Source: a virus
Reading direction: 5' to 3' (one strand)
Virus genome (UHGV): UHGV-0073881
Length of the DNA: 64,000 nt
Part shown: positions 1 through 9,224 of the stretch, piece after piece
Numbering within the stretch: position 1 is the stretch's first letter
Layout: each line of letters begins with the position of its first letter
Program-made: the position numbers and the translations under genes
Notes under the pieces: model-generated
The model's database searches: none
What the model saw: the letters and a program-made list of their open reading frames with translations, nothing else
What the model was told of the DNA's origin: nothing

Positions 1-148
1 CCATCCCCTCTTACTCCCCTTCCTCCCAAAAGTCAAGAGAAAAATTTGTAGAGAACTGAAAAATAATTCTTGACTAGTTTTCTGTTTTCTGTTAGTTGCG
101 TACACGCGTTTCATTCACAACTTTCCAAAAATATTTTTAAAAATTTTC

Positions 149-177
149 TTGACTCTATGAATCCAGTTTTGTAGTAT
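149..177 (+). promoter_or_regulatory. sigma70-like promoter, TTGACT-N17-TAGTAT
   Basis: -35 TTGACT 149-154, 17-nt spacer, -10 TAGTAT 172-177; upstream of first early ORF. Confidence 0.45.
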
Positions 178-230
178 TTGCATCAACGGGGCAAGCAAGC
201 CCCAACAATCCTAAACTGGAGAATCTAAAA

Positions 231-614
231 ATGAAAAAATACTACATGCCTAAATTCATCAAGAAAGAAAACTTTCGTAATGCTCTGGAAAAATCTATGG
301 GCGAACAATTCAAAGGAAAAATAATTGTTGTTCACGCTTACAATTTTAAGTATGATGTGAATGGAAACAAGATAAACCATTATACCGCTACAATGTTAGA
401 TGGTACACTATCAGGAGAAAAAGCCGTCATAAATGCACTTGCTGGACGTGGAAAAACTCTCATCCGTTGCGATAAACGCCGCTATCAGGGTAGTGCTTAT
501 GGTTATGAAGATGCAATCTATCATCTTGATAACATGGGTTACAATGTCGAAAAAGCTGGCGTATCTCAAATGATTGGCAGTGATGGCTATGTAACAATCT
601 TTGAAATTAACTAA
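231..614 (+). CDS. hypothetical early protein (127 aa)
   Basis: ORF track; ATG preceded by conserved leader CCTAAACTGGAGAATCTAAAA with GGAG RBS. Confidence 0.6.
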   Translation: MKKYYMPKFIKKENFRNALEKSMGEQFKGKIIVVHAYNFKYDVNGNKINHYTATMLDGTLSGEKAVINALAGRGKTLIRCDKRRYQGSAYGYEDAIYHLDNMGYNVEKAGVSQMIGSDGYVTIFEIN

Positions 615-616
615 TA

Positions 617-680
617 AAGTACTTTACATGGGGTTTATAGTTCGATAGGATAAGCCCCAGATAAAGAACTTTATCACTAA
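617..680 (+). repeat. conserved intergenic cassette type A (G4/C4 hairpin, promoter-like TTTACA-N17-TAGGAT)
   Basis: ACTTTACATGGGGTTTAT...ATAAGCCCCAGATAAAG; one of 7 near-identical copies. Confidence 0.6.
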
Positions 681-700
681 CCTAAACTGGAGTTTTAAAA

Positions 701-958
701 ATGGCTACCATTAAAAACATCGTAATTACTGCAAAATCCCGTGATGACGCTCGCGCAACTGCTAAAAAATTAAATGGTAAAGTAGTTGACAACGGAAAAA
801 GTTCTGCTGTAAGATGGGGCGTAAAGACAGACAAGGAATTAACCTTGAAACATAGCTCTAAAAACCTGTTTAAAGGTGTACAGACTATCGGTAAAACAAA
901 TGTATTTACAAAACAAGGTTATAAAATGCACTTGGCATTAACTGACAATTTAATCTAA
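701..958 (+). CDS. hypothetical early protein (85 aa)
   Basis: ORF track; conserved leader and RBS. Confidence 0.6.
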   Translation: MATIKNIVITAKSRDDARATAKKLNGKVVDNGKSSAVRWGVKTDKELTLKHSSKNLFKGVQTIGKTNVFTKQGYKMHLALTDNLI

Positions 959-1025
959 AAAGTACTTTACATGGGGTTTATAAATTGCTAGTATAAGCCC
1001 CAGATAAAGAGCTTTACCACTAAAC
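958..1025 (+). repeat. conserved intergenic cassette type A (hairpin, TTTACA-N17-TAGTAT)
   Basis: same cassette as 617-680; stem GGGGTTTATA/TATAAGCCCC. Confidence 0.6.
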
Positions 1026-1049
1026 AATCCTAAACTGGAGAATCTAAAA

Positions 1050-1562
1050 ATGAAATTTGTTGAAAGTACCTTTGAAGTTCAAAAAGAAAAATTCACCATT
1101 ATCTATGAGGCAATGAATATTTGTGAGCCTTCCCATTGTGTGGATAACTGGCAATTTACTGATGAGCATAAAGGCGGGGTTACAATCAAAGTTAAGAATG
1201 CAGAACGTAACAGCTACAAATATGCAATTCCCACACATTACCCGCTTTCACAACTTACCAGTGACTACGCAAAACAGGGAAGGGATAACCCGTCATTGGA
1301 AGCTTACAAGAGCTTACAGGATGAGCTAGAAAGGGATTTACAGGCTAATAACTACATCTTGTATGCCTCAGTAGTTGACGCTGAAGGCAACACGGTTTTA
1401 AATAGTTTTTCCCTTGCGTATGGTTTCGATTGGTGCTATCTTGACGGGGAAGATTTAGATTCACGCTTAAAAGAGGAAGTCAGTAATTCAGGTGCTGAAG
1501 AGGAAGTTTTAGAGCGTTTGGAAGATTTAAAAGACAGTGTGATGAATATCTTTAACATTTAA
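1050..1562 (+). CDS. hypothetical early protein (170 aa)
   Basis: ORF track; conserved leader and RBS. Confidence 0.6.
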   Translation: MKFVESTFEVQKEKFTIIYEAMNICEPSHCVDNWQFTDEHKGGVTIKVKNAERNSYKYAIPTHYPLSQLTSDYAKQGRDNPSLEAYKSLQDELERDLQANNYILYASVVDAEGNTVLNSFSLAYGFDWCYLDGEDLDSRLKEEVSNSGAEEEVLERLEDLKDSVMNIFNI

Positions 1563-1625
1563 AAGTACTTTACATGGGGTTATCAGGCTGATAAGATAGC
1601 CCCAGATAAAGAGCTTTACCCAATA
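1562..1625 (+). repeat. conserved intergenic cassette type A (hairpin, TTTACA-N17-TAAGAT)
   Basis: same cassette; stem GGGGTTATC/GATAGCCCC. Confidence 0.6.
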
Positions 1626-1646
1626 ACCTAAACTGGAGATTCTAAA

Positions 1647-1943
1647 ATGTTTATCGCTGCAAATGTACGTTCCAAATTGAGCAAGCTTTTACAAGATATC
1701 AAATTTGTAGAATCTATGCGCCGCACTCATGAAGTAACGGAGTGGTATCATGGGAAAATAAATGGTAAAGAAGTTGTTATTTGTATTTGGAATTTTTGTA
1801 AAGAATACAAAAAGCCGTTGCTTCAGGTGGATATCTATGATAATGCAAATAAAAATTCTGTTAAGTCTACAAGGGATATGATAGATTCTTTTGAGATTAG
1901 CCACACTGGCAGACTATTTCACAAAGGAAAATCATCATGCTAA
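1647..1943 (+). CDS. hypothetical early protein (98 aa)
   Basis: ORF track; conserved leader. Confidence 0.55.
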   Translation: MFIAANVRSKLSKLLQDIKFVESMRRTHEVTEWYHGKINGKEVVICIWNFCKEYKKPLLQVDIYDNANKNSVKSTRDMIDSFEISHTGRLFHKGKSSC

Positions 1944-2260
1944 TTTCTGGAGTTGCCTTACTCATTGCTATTTTAGCACTGTATAAATCATGTAAAGCAC
2001 ATCATGCGGCAAGTGATGCAATCACAAGACAAATCAATAATAAACTTGTGACGTCCTTTCTAGAGCGTTTAAACGTGGAACAACTGAAGCGCTTAGAGAT
2101 GGGCTTCAGATTCAAGGCTGATACGTATCAGGTTAGCGACATTCTAAGCGGTGATTTTCAATTGATTGATGATTATAACGCTTTATTAAATGCTTTAAAT
2201 ATCAGTGACTTGAAAGATTATCATGCTGTTATTGTTCACGAAATAAGCAAACGAAAATAA
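1937..2260 (+). CDS. hypothetical protein with N-terminal hydrophobic helix (107 aa)
   Basis: ORF track; ATG 1937 overlaps upstream stop; N-terminus LISGVALLIAILALY. Confidence 0.55.
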   Translation: MLISGVALLIAILALYKSCKAHHAASDAITRQINNKLVTSFLERLNVEQLKRLEMGFRFKADTYQVSDILSGDFQLIDDYNALLNALNISDLKDYHAVIVHEISKRK

Positions 2261-2353
2261 ATTACTAAAAAGGGCTTGCAACTGATAGCAAAAACAAGTA
2301 AATTACTAATCAGACGGGCAAACAAGCCCACTTCCTAAACTGGAGAATCTAAA

Positions 2354-2626
2354 ATGTATACTACCAACAATAGCCGAACTTTAAATGTAACTTTAAAGCA
2401 CTATGTAGAGGGTGTATTAAACTTTGAAGACTTGCAAGCAGAACAGCACTTGTTAGGTTGGCAAGTAGCAGGATTACAAAAAACTGCCACCGGATATGGG
2501 AAGAAAATCCCTACATCGTGGAAAGTGCGCTATTTAGGCAAGTTACGTAGAATTTATCAAGATGTTTATAGCAATAGTGGTGTAAGTTACATTATTGTTA
2601 ACGGTAAGAAGTTGTATTTAATCTAA
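2354..2626 (+). CDS. hypothetical early protein (90 aa)
   Basis: ORF track; conserved leader. Confidence 0.55.
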   Translation: MYTTNNSRTLNVTLKHYVEGVLNFEDLQAEQHLLGWQVAGLQKTATGYGKKIPTSWKVRYLGKLRRIYQDVYSNSGVSYIIVNGKKLYLI

Positions 2627-2629
2627 TAA

Positions 2630-2693
2630 ATTGCTTTACATGGGGTTATCAGGCTGATAAGATAGCCCCAGATAAAGAGATTTACCCAATAAC
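2630..2693 (+). repeat. conserved intergenic cassette type A
   Basis: near-identical to 1562-1625. Confidence 0.6.
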
Positions 2694-2712
2694 CTAAACT
2701 GGAGATTCTAAA

Positions 2713-3114
2713 ATGACTGCTAATCGTGATATCGCTATTCTGAAAGCACGATTGACTGTAAATCGTATTAATTCTATCACATCCACAGCACCCGATGAGA
2801 CATTGCATAACATTATCGGTAAAATTCAAGGTGTAATTTTAGACGTAGAAAACATCAAAAATTCACTTGCAAACGTTGCAAATGGTGCTACACTTGACGG
2901 CGCACAATATGAAATGGCTGATATGTTAGCCAAATCAAAAGTAATGAATAAAGAACTTGATTTGAAAATGTTTCGATTTGCTGTTAAAGTGTGGCTAGCT
3001 ATTGAGTTCGATGCTAATTTTGCAATTGCTGATTTCTTTGCTACATGGTTACAACGTAACCTGTCAAAACAAGACTTTGAAGATATCTGCGACACAATTT
3101 ACGCAGAACTTTAA
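2713..3114 (+). CDS. hypothetical early protein (133 aa)
   Basis: ORF track; conserved leader. Confidence 0.6.
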   Translation: MTANRDIAILKARLTVNRINSITSTAPDETLHNIIGKIQGVILDVENIKNSLANVANGATLDGAQYEMADMLAKSKVMNKELDLKMFRFAVKVWLAIEFDANFAIADFFATWLQRNLSKQDFEDICDTIYAEL

Positions 3115-3217
3115 AAAACGTTTGACACTAATTTTTAGATAGATTAAAGTACTAATCAGACGGGTATGCAATAACCTCCCCAGTAAGTGAAGTCCTTAAA
3201 CTAGGAGATTCTAAAAA

Positions 3218-3421
3218 ATGGCTATTATTAACGGCTTAACCATCGAAAAAACACACATCAAAGACATTAAAGTTGGGGATACAGTTCTTTTTCACGGCGT
3301 AGAAAAAACTGTCACCGCAAAAGATATCAAAGAAGATTCTTTCATGGGTGTGACTCTATTCGGCGACTCTTATCGCTTAGGATACCTTGCAGTTTTAAAA
3401 GTTATCAAAAATAACCGATAA
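3218..3421 (+). CDS. hypothetical early protein (67 aa)
   Basis: ORF track; leader variant CTTAAACTAGGAGATTCTAAAAAATG. Confidence 0.55.
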   Translation: MAIINGLTIEKTHIKDIKVGDTVLFHGVEKTVTAKDIKEDSFMGVTLFGDSYRLGYLAVLKVIKNNR

Positions 3422-3487
3422 AGTACTTTACAGGGGGCTTAAAAGTTGATACCTTAAGCCCCAGATAAAGAGCTTTACCAAATCAAT
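3421..3487 (+). repeat. conserved intergenic cassette type A (hairpin GGGGCTTAA/TTAAGCCCC)
   Basis: same flanking arms AGTACTTTACA ... CCCCAGATAAAGAGCTTTACC. Confidence 0.55.
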
Positions 3488-3507
3488 CCTAAACTGGAGA
3501 TTCTAAA

Positions 3508-4065
3508 ATGAAATGCTTTCACGGTACTACTCAAGAAAACTTTTTAAACCTCATCAATGGCGGCGAAAAACCTACAGGTGCTTGGAATTGCTCTGATATG
3601 GATGGTTATTTTTACGTATACCCTGTCAGTAAGTTCTGCGACGTAGAAGAGATGGACGAAGAACAAATCACAAATGAAGGGTTGCGCAATGCTCTTGATA
3701 GTGCTACAATCACAGCAGCTATCCAAATGAAAACTCAAAATATTGTTATCTTAGAACTTGAAATTCCAGAAGATGAGTTACAAGATGATTGGTCTTGTGA
3801 GAATATGAGTGACATCGCAAGCTTTACAGAGCACTTTGATAAAGATTGGGTTAAAAAGGTTTATACAACTGAATTCAATGCAATGTATTCACCGTTTTTT
3901 GTTCCTAACTTACAAAATCGTAATTTGGGATATATTGATGAAAAGCTTGAAGAGGTTGCAACATTCATCCAAAATGCCGATGATAGCTCAATCATCTATT
4001 GCAATATGCTGGACGCAATGCAAGAAAGCTTAACAGAAAGCGTTTTAAGCGACGTTTTAGCGTAA
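3508..4065 (+). CDS. hypothetical acidic early protein (185 aa)
   Basis: ORF track; conserved leader. Confidence 0.6.
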   Translation: MKCFHGTTQENFLNLINGGEKPTGAWNCSDMDGYFYVYPVSKFCDVEEMDEEQITNEGLRNALDSATITAAIQMKTQNIVILELEIPEDELQDDWSCENMSDIASFTEHFDKDWVKKVYTTEFNAMYSPFFVPNLQNRNLGYIDEKLEEVATFIQNADDSSIIYCNMLDAMQESLTESVLSDVLA

Positions 4066-4128
4066 ACCATACAATCACACTAACGACATTCAAAAGCCCC
4101 GCATAGGGGCTTACAAGGGGATTAAATC

Positions 4129-4365
4129 ATGTTAACAACAATCTATCTCATGCTTGCCGTTTGCTCTGGTGCAAATAATTGTCATTATGGCATTATGGAA
4201 TCTTTCGAAGGCACTAAACAAAATGCAGTAGAGGCTTGCAATATTGCTAGACAGGACTACCCGAAATCGTCTATAATGGACTGTTATGTCTCACAAGGTG
4301 AAGACGAAAGCACAGAATACTACGAAAACGTTAATGAAGATGAATTTTTAGAGATTTACAAATAA
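4129..4365 (+). CDS. hypothetical small protein with N-terminal signal-like segment (78 aa)
   Basis: ORF track; N-terminus MLTTIYLMLAVCSG; RBS AAGGGGA. Confidence 0.5.
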   Translation: MLTTIYLMLAVCSGANNCHYGIMESFEGTKQNAVEACNIARQDYPKSSIMDCYVSQGEDESTEYYENVNEDEFLEIYK

Positions 4366-4423
4366 AGTACTTTACATGGGGCTTAAAAGCTTGATACCAT
4401 AAGCCCCAGATAAAGAGCTTTCC
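4366..4423 (+). repeat. conserved intergenic cassette type A
   Basis: AGTACTTTACATGGGGCTTAAAAGCTTGATACCATAAGCCCCAGATAAAGAGC. Confidence 0.55.
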
Positions 4424-4441
4424 TAAACTGGAGTTTTCACA

Positions 4442-4588
4442 ATGTCAAATATAGTTGAAATGGTTTTTAATAATCCGGTATTCTCAGAGATGATTTTCTC
4501 GTTTATCATGATGTTACTTGTTAAAACCATGAAAAAAGCCGAAAAATTACACTCAAAGAAAAAAGCTATTGCAAACCGTTTTAAGTAA
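4442..4588 (+). CDS. hypothetical small membrane protein (about 49 aa)
   Basis: ATG 4442 behind leader CCTAAACTGGAGTTTTCACA; hydrophobic translation; not in ORF track. Confidence 0.35.
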   Translation: MSNIVEMVFNNPVFSEMIFSFIMMLLVKTMKKAEKLHSKKKAIANRFK

Positions 4589-4635
4589 AGATATAGTATC
4601 AATCAAGCCCACTTCCTAAACTGGAGAATCTAAAA

Positions 4636-4977
4636 ATGGCATACGTAACAATTATCACTGATAAAGAAAACTCTTCTTGGTCCACACAAGTAAGCGATAA
4701 AATGTCGCCTATGCAATGCCTCAAATACTTTGAGCAATGGAACAGGGGGGAAGATGTAAGCCCTTTCCAAGTAATGCAGGTTGTACATGTTGACAATGAC
4801 GGCAACAAAACTACCCTTAACACTGAATACTATGCTACACGTTTTGAGACTCGCAAAGAAGCTATGCGGGAACTAAGAGAAAAGGGCTATAGTCACATTG
4901 CCGCTTTGATTTGGTCTGATTTGCTTAAAAAACAAGCATTAACCTACGTCAAGCCTGAAAAAATCTTTATAAACTAA
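4636..4977 (+). CDS. hypothetical early protein (113 aa)
   Basis: ORF track; conserved leader. Confidence 0.6.
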   Translation: MAYVTIITDKENSSWSTQVSDKMSPMQCLKYFEQWNRGEDVSPFQVMQVVHVDNDGNKTTLNTEYYATRFETRKEAMRELREKGYSHIAALIWSDLLKKQALTYVKPEKIFIN

Positions 4978-5199
4978 TCAACAACTTACAAAATTCTTTG
5001 AAAAAACTGTTGACATTGCCCCTTGACAATAGTACATTTGTTCGAGGGGGTTTATCTAAAGGGATTCACTTAAAAGATTCTTTATAGATAAGCGAAAAAG
5101 TACTTGCAATCAGATTTCAAAACAAGTAAATTACTAAGCAACGGGGAGGGGATGACCTTCCCCACTAAGTAAAGTCCTTAAACTAGGAGATTCTAAAAA

Positions 5200-5448
5200 A
5201 TGTATACTAAAACACAACTCAAAAGCATGGTAAACAGTGGTTTAATGAATGATGTTTATAAGGATTGCAGACGTTACGGGGAAATAAGAGAGATAATTGA
5301 TTATGAGTATACTCACACAATAAATTTCAAAACTAATGAAAAACGGACTGACTTTATAACTGTAGTGATTATTGAATACAAAAATTTATTGTGGACTTTT
5401 GAGCTGGTGAAAGGTGAGTGTATAGAAATCGAATACAAGGCCGCTTAA
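5200..5448 (+). CDS. hypothetical early protein (82 aa)
   Basis: ORF track; leader variant with AGGAG. Confidence 0.55.
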   Translation: MYTKTQLKSMVNSGLMNDVYKDCRRYGEIREIIDYEYTHTINFKTNEKRTDFITVVIIEYKNLLWTFELVKGECIEIEYKAA

Positions 5449-5500
5449 AAGTACTTTATAGGGGGATTAAAAGCTGACACCTTAAGCCCCCAAACACCTT
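5448..5500 (+). repeat. conserved intergenic cassette type A (degenerate copy)
   Basis: AAGTACTTTATAGGGGGATTAAAAGCTGACACCTTAAGCCCCC. Confidence 0.45.
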
Positions 5501-5504
5501 TACA

Positions 5505-5537
5505 GCCCCTTTTGTCTCTCTCATAGGGGCTTTTTTT
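5505..5537 (+). terminator. rho-independent terminator ending the early block
   Basis: stem GCCCCT/AGGGGC, 14-nt loop, then TTTTTTT. Confidence 0.6.
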
Positions 5538-7100
5538 ACGTCTATGTAATAGCCCCTCTCAAATGCTTATATAAACCCTTCCCCTGTCCTTTCCAGAATC
5601 TTACAAGACCTTAAAAAGCAATAACTCTATAGCTTACTCTATAACCTCTTATCAAATCAACTTAAATATAAGCCCATAACCCGAAAGGGAAGGGCAATCC
5701 CTTAAACGCTCTATAACGCTCTATAACGGCTTATCAACTCAACTTAACCAATCATATTAACCCACTCTTAAAAGCCCTCTATAGAGCTTCATAGACCCTT
5801 AAAAGAATCTTATAAGGGGTGTAAGCTTTATCATCTCGTTAGTATCTTGTGAATAGTTAAACAGGGGGCTTGTTATTAGCTTAAAAGTATGTTATAGGGG
5901 CTTAAAAGTAGCTATAAAGTTACGTAAAAGTATCGTAAATGCTAGCCCCCTTAACATTTCTTTAACAATTTCTTAACAATCCCTACATAGTTATGCTTAT
6001 TAGAGACTTGTTAGCACCTTGTTAAATCTCTGTTAAGACTATGTTACAACCTTGTTAGATTCTTTGGAGTCCCTATATAAGCCCCTGTAAAGGGCTATAA
6101 AGAGCTATACAGTCAGTTGGGCTATAGTTACTATGGAGAACCTTAGAAATGGCTGTATAGAGCTATACAGGGCTTTTAAGAGGGCTTTTAAGAGAATCAC
6201 TGAGAAAGATAGGGAACTATAGACCAAGAGATAGTGACATGTTAACAGCTTGTTAAAAAGGTTAAACACTTGTTAGGAACTTGTTAATAATCTTAACAAA
6301 ATAACTCTTAACATTTAACTACTCAACTCTTGTTAGCAATCTGTTAAGACTCTGTAAAGACTATGCAACAACTGTTAAGCACTTGTTACAATCTTGTTAG
6401 CTCTGTTAAGGGTCTATTAAGAACTCTGAAGAGATGTTAAGAGGATGTAGTAACTGTTAAGAAATTGTTAATGATATTTTAAGATTTTGCAAAGGGTATG
6501 TTACAGGGATGTTAAGGGCTACCAAGCAGATATACACCCTAGACAGATATTTTTCAGTTCCTTCAAAGAACCTAAATAAAACACTTGACAGTCTATTTTA
6601 TAAAAATTTTATAGAACTGAATAACTATCTATACACTATCTAGTATAAAACAGGTAATAACAGGCTTATAAGATACCTTGTTAGTACCGTGTTAGACCTT
6701 GTAGGATAAGCCTTAGAAGGGAATACCTGTTTAGTGCTATATAACAGTCTATATAGAGGCTTAGTAAACCCTAGTGAACCATCTATAGAGAGTCACATAG
6801 TTAACATAGAGATTAAGATGGGTATAGGAGCTTCTAAGGGGTTGTTAAGATGTTAGGAAGGGGGTTGTATAGGTGGTTAAGAAGGCTTGTTAGAGAGCTT
6901 GTTAGAGGGCTATTTAGAAGGGGCTATACAGTTCACTATATCGAATCACTAGAAAGAGACTAAGAGGCTATATAGATACTATATAATACTATATAGAGAG
7001 TATGCTTAGATAGGTTGTTTAGAAGGGCTAGATATTTTATCACATATCATGGTGACCCAAGATGAACGTAGTGAATCCAAATTTTATAAAATTATAAATT
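5538..7100. repeat. ORF-free repeat-dense region (short TTGTTA / CTGTTAAG / CTTGTTAG and CTATACAG / CTATATAG repeats)
   Basis: no ORF of 60 aa or more on either strand; dozens of short direct and palindromic repeats, densest 5930-6480 and 6650-7000. Confidence 0.6.
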
Positions 7101-7114
7101 TCGTAAATTTTACT

Positions 7115-7165
7115 CAATAAAAAGCCCCTATGAGATAGATTCTATCGAATCCATATTAAGGGGCT
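7115..7165 (-). terminator. terminator-like hairpin ending the leftward block
   Basis: minus strand: stem AGCCCCT...AGGGGCT followed by TTTTATT; long loop. Confidence 0.4.
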
Positions 7166-7417
7166 GTAAAGTTCTTAGCAAAGGTTATCTATGATAGCCT
7201 GAATAGCTGGAATAGTTGTGTGATAAAAATGAGTGTTTCCATTATGAGCTTCTCTCTCTTGTAACATGATAGAGTGACCCTTTACAGGGAAGCATTGAAT
7301 GTGATAACGATTCCCGTTAAATATTGCTCCACCACCTGAACAGAAACCTTCCAAGACTGACTTAGCAAGGAACTCATTTTCGCTACCTCTAAAGAGGGGC
7401 TGTTACACCCCTTTAAA

Positions 7418-7654
7418 TCACTCTTCAGTCTTCTTCTCATCAGACTTTTTAGTTTTCTTATCAACTTTCTTAGGCTTCTCTTCAACCTTAGCTTCTGGTT
7501 CATTTTGAGTTGCCTGAATAGCAATGTCCAGAAGTTTTGCCAAGTCTGATTTAATCACCGTAACAGGTTGCTCATTGTAGTAGCTCTTGTCAAGGTGCTC
7601 TTTCAGTTCATTAAGAGAGCTAAAGCCGAATGGCTGGATAGGTGTCTTAATCAT
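7418..7654 (-). CDS. hypothetical protein with K/E-rich C-terminus (78 aa)
   Basis: ORF track; preferred over overlapping 7282-7524. Confidence 0.5.
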   Translation of the reverse strand: MIKTPIQPFGFSSLNELKEHLDKSYYNEQPVTVIKSDLAKLLDIAIQATQNEPEAKVEEKPKKVDKKTKKSDEKKTEE

Positions 7655-7728
7655 TCATTACTCCTTATAAGCATCTTCCAAAATGTGTTTATTAATCATC
7701 TCTGCAATTGCATAACGAATACAGATAA

Positions 7729-8235
7729 CTAGAATTTTAGGTTGCATTCTTTACTCACTTCTTCAAATTTCTGTTCATGTTCCAAGGCTTTCTTCCTGTG
7801 GAACCTCATTCTTAAGTAGGCTGCAATCATACCACCTACAGGAAGCACATACAAGAACCAAATTTCTTCGATTTTGTTTATTGACTGCTTAATAGTCATT
7901 TCTTGACCGTAAAAAGCTGTTATAGCCACTGCACAGACCATGATAAAGAACATTGCCAAGAATACAATCATTCCTGCATAGGCTCTTACGTGCTGTTCTG
8001 ATAAAGTCTGCTTGTTCTTTGCATCAATCAGTCCGTTGTAGTCATTTGAAAAGTCCCTGTAGAAAGCTTTCAAGTATTCTCGGCTATAACCTTCAAAACA
8101 ACCTGTGCCAAACCAATCATCCCCTCCAAAGTGGGAAATTACACCCGTTTCACCGTTTGCTTTAACAATCTTGATAGAAACATGGTGCTTAGATTTTGTA
8201 TGGGAAATCTGGTCTCTTTCTTCTAACATAATCAT
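7729..8235 (-). CDS. hypothetical membrane protein (168 aa)
   Basis: ORF track; ATG start; two hydrophobic segments in C-terminal half. Confidence 0.6.
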   Translation of the reverse strand: MIMLEERDQISHTKSKHHVSIKIVKANGETGVISHFGGDDWFGTGCFEGYSREYLKAFYRDFSNDYNGLIDAKNKQTLSEQHVRAYAGMIVFLAMFFIMVCAVAITAFYGQEMTIKQSINKIEEIWFLYVLPVGGMIAAYLRMRFHRKKALEHEQKFEEVSKECNLKF

Positions 8236-8453
8236 TGTTTAATCCTCTCTAAACGTGCATTCCACTCAATGTCAATCATTTTCTTAAAAGTTTTTCCCCT
8301 TGGGGTTACATTTGGAATGCCTTCATCTGCTGTGCAATAGAGAATATCCCCTCTTGCTGCTTTACCGTAGCACTGTTTGATTTTCTTGGCTCTCCTGTAT
8401 GACTCTGCTGCTGCAATCATCCAGTACTCACCTAAAGTTGTAAACTTTTTCAT
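8232..8453 (-). CDS. hypothetical protein (73 aa)
   Basis: ORF track; overlapping start-stop with neighbours. Confidence 0.5.
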   Translation of the reverse strand: MKKFTTLGEYWMIAAAESYRRAKKIKQCYGKAARGDILYCTADEGIPNVTPRGKTFKKMIDIEWNARLERIKQ

Positions 8454-9151
8454 TCGTTCACCATTGCGTTGTAAAACTGTCTTTGAATTTCTTCAGCAAT
8501 TTGATGAGGTGTCAAACCAGCTTTCAGCATCATTCTCACGGTGTATTCAATATTTCCGTGGTTTACTACTCTGTCAGCGATAAAGGCAGCCTCTTTAAAC
8601 TCTTCAGCTTTCTTCTTAGCGTCTTCACATGCCCCTGTCAAGAGGGAAGAAAACTTTTTATGTGGTGGTAACCAATGATGGTGTGGATTGTTGGAAGTAA
8701 ATGCTTTGAAGAACTCTCCAACATGGTCAACAACTCTTGAATCTCCACCTTTTACATTCAGTTCTGTGGTGTAACGGTTTTCATGCTTTGGTAAATCTTC
8801 AATCTGAAGAATCTTATGAGTAGGCTCAATAGTCACGTCTACAGAACGAATCTTTGGAGTTGTCTGAGATTCTTCGTGACGAATGAACAGAATGTCTTTA
8901 AACTGCCCTGTGAACTGACCACTTGAGTACTCATCAGTAGAGTAGATGATACCTGCGTGTAACACTCCGAGAGTACCTTGTGGGTTATGTCGATAATCTT
9001 TAAACATCAGTTTCTTAAGTGGTCTGAAAAAGATACGCCCAGATTCTGCTACGTGCGTAATCTCAGCCTGAGTAGAATCTTGACCATTGTAACGGTTTCC
9101 TAAAGAAACCTGAATAGTAATCTTGTCACCAGCTTTTGGTTTAGTGTTCAT
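8450..9151 (-). CDS. hypothetical protein (about 233 aa)
   Basis: ORF track 8450-9166; start moved to ATG with GAGGA RBS (MNTKPK). Confidence 0.6.
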   Translation of the reverse strand: MNTKPKAGDKITIQVSLGNRYNGQDSTQAEITHVAESGRIFFRPLKKLMFKDYRHNPQGTLGVLHAGIIYSTDEYSSGQFTGQFKDILFIRHEESQTTPKIRSVDVTIEPTHKILQIEDLPKHENRYTTELNVKGGDSRVVDHVGEFFKAFTSNNPHHHWLPPHKKFSSLLTGACEDAKKKAEEFKEAAFIADRVVNHGNIEYTVRMMLKAGLTPHQIAEEIQRQFYNAMVNE

Positions 9152-9224
9152 TTTCTTTCCTCGCATATGAAAAAGGGAACTACCTTTCGATAGTTCCCAT
9201 GTTATACGTTTTTATGTATCACTG

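Noticed and set aside
1044-4823. Small ORFs antisense or out of frame within the early genes (1044-1238, 1123-1329, 1689-1904, 2623-2829, 2826-3095, 3544-3738, 3809-4033, 4599-4823)
   Set aside because: Each is embedded in a better-supported ORF that carries the conserved leader; none has its own leader or RBS.
6585-6613. Promoter-like TTGACA followed by TATA-rich sequence inside the repeat region
   Set aside because: The -10 is ambiguous in an AT-rich context and no gene lies downstream.
5538-7280. Possible CRISPR array in the repeat-dense region
   Set aside because: Repeats are short (6-10 nt), heterogeneous and irregularly spaced, with no 25-40 nt unit alternating with unique spacers.
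7282-7524. 80-aa minus-strand ORF rich in K/R
   Set aside because: Overlaps 7418-7654 in another frame; its composition is a by-product of the K/E-rich codons of that gene.
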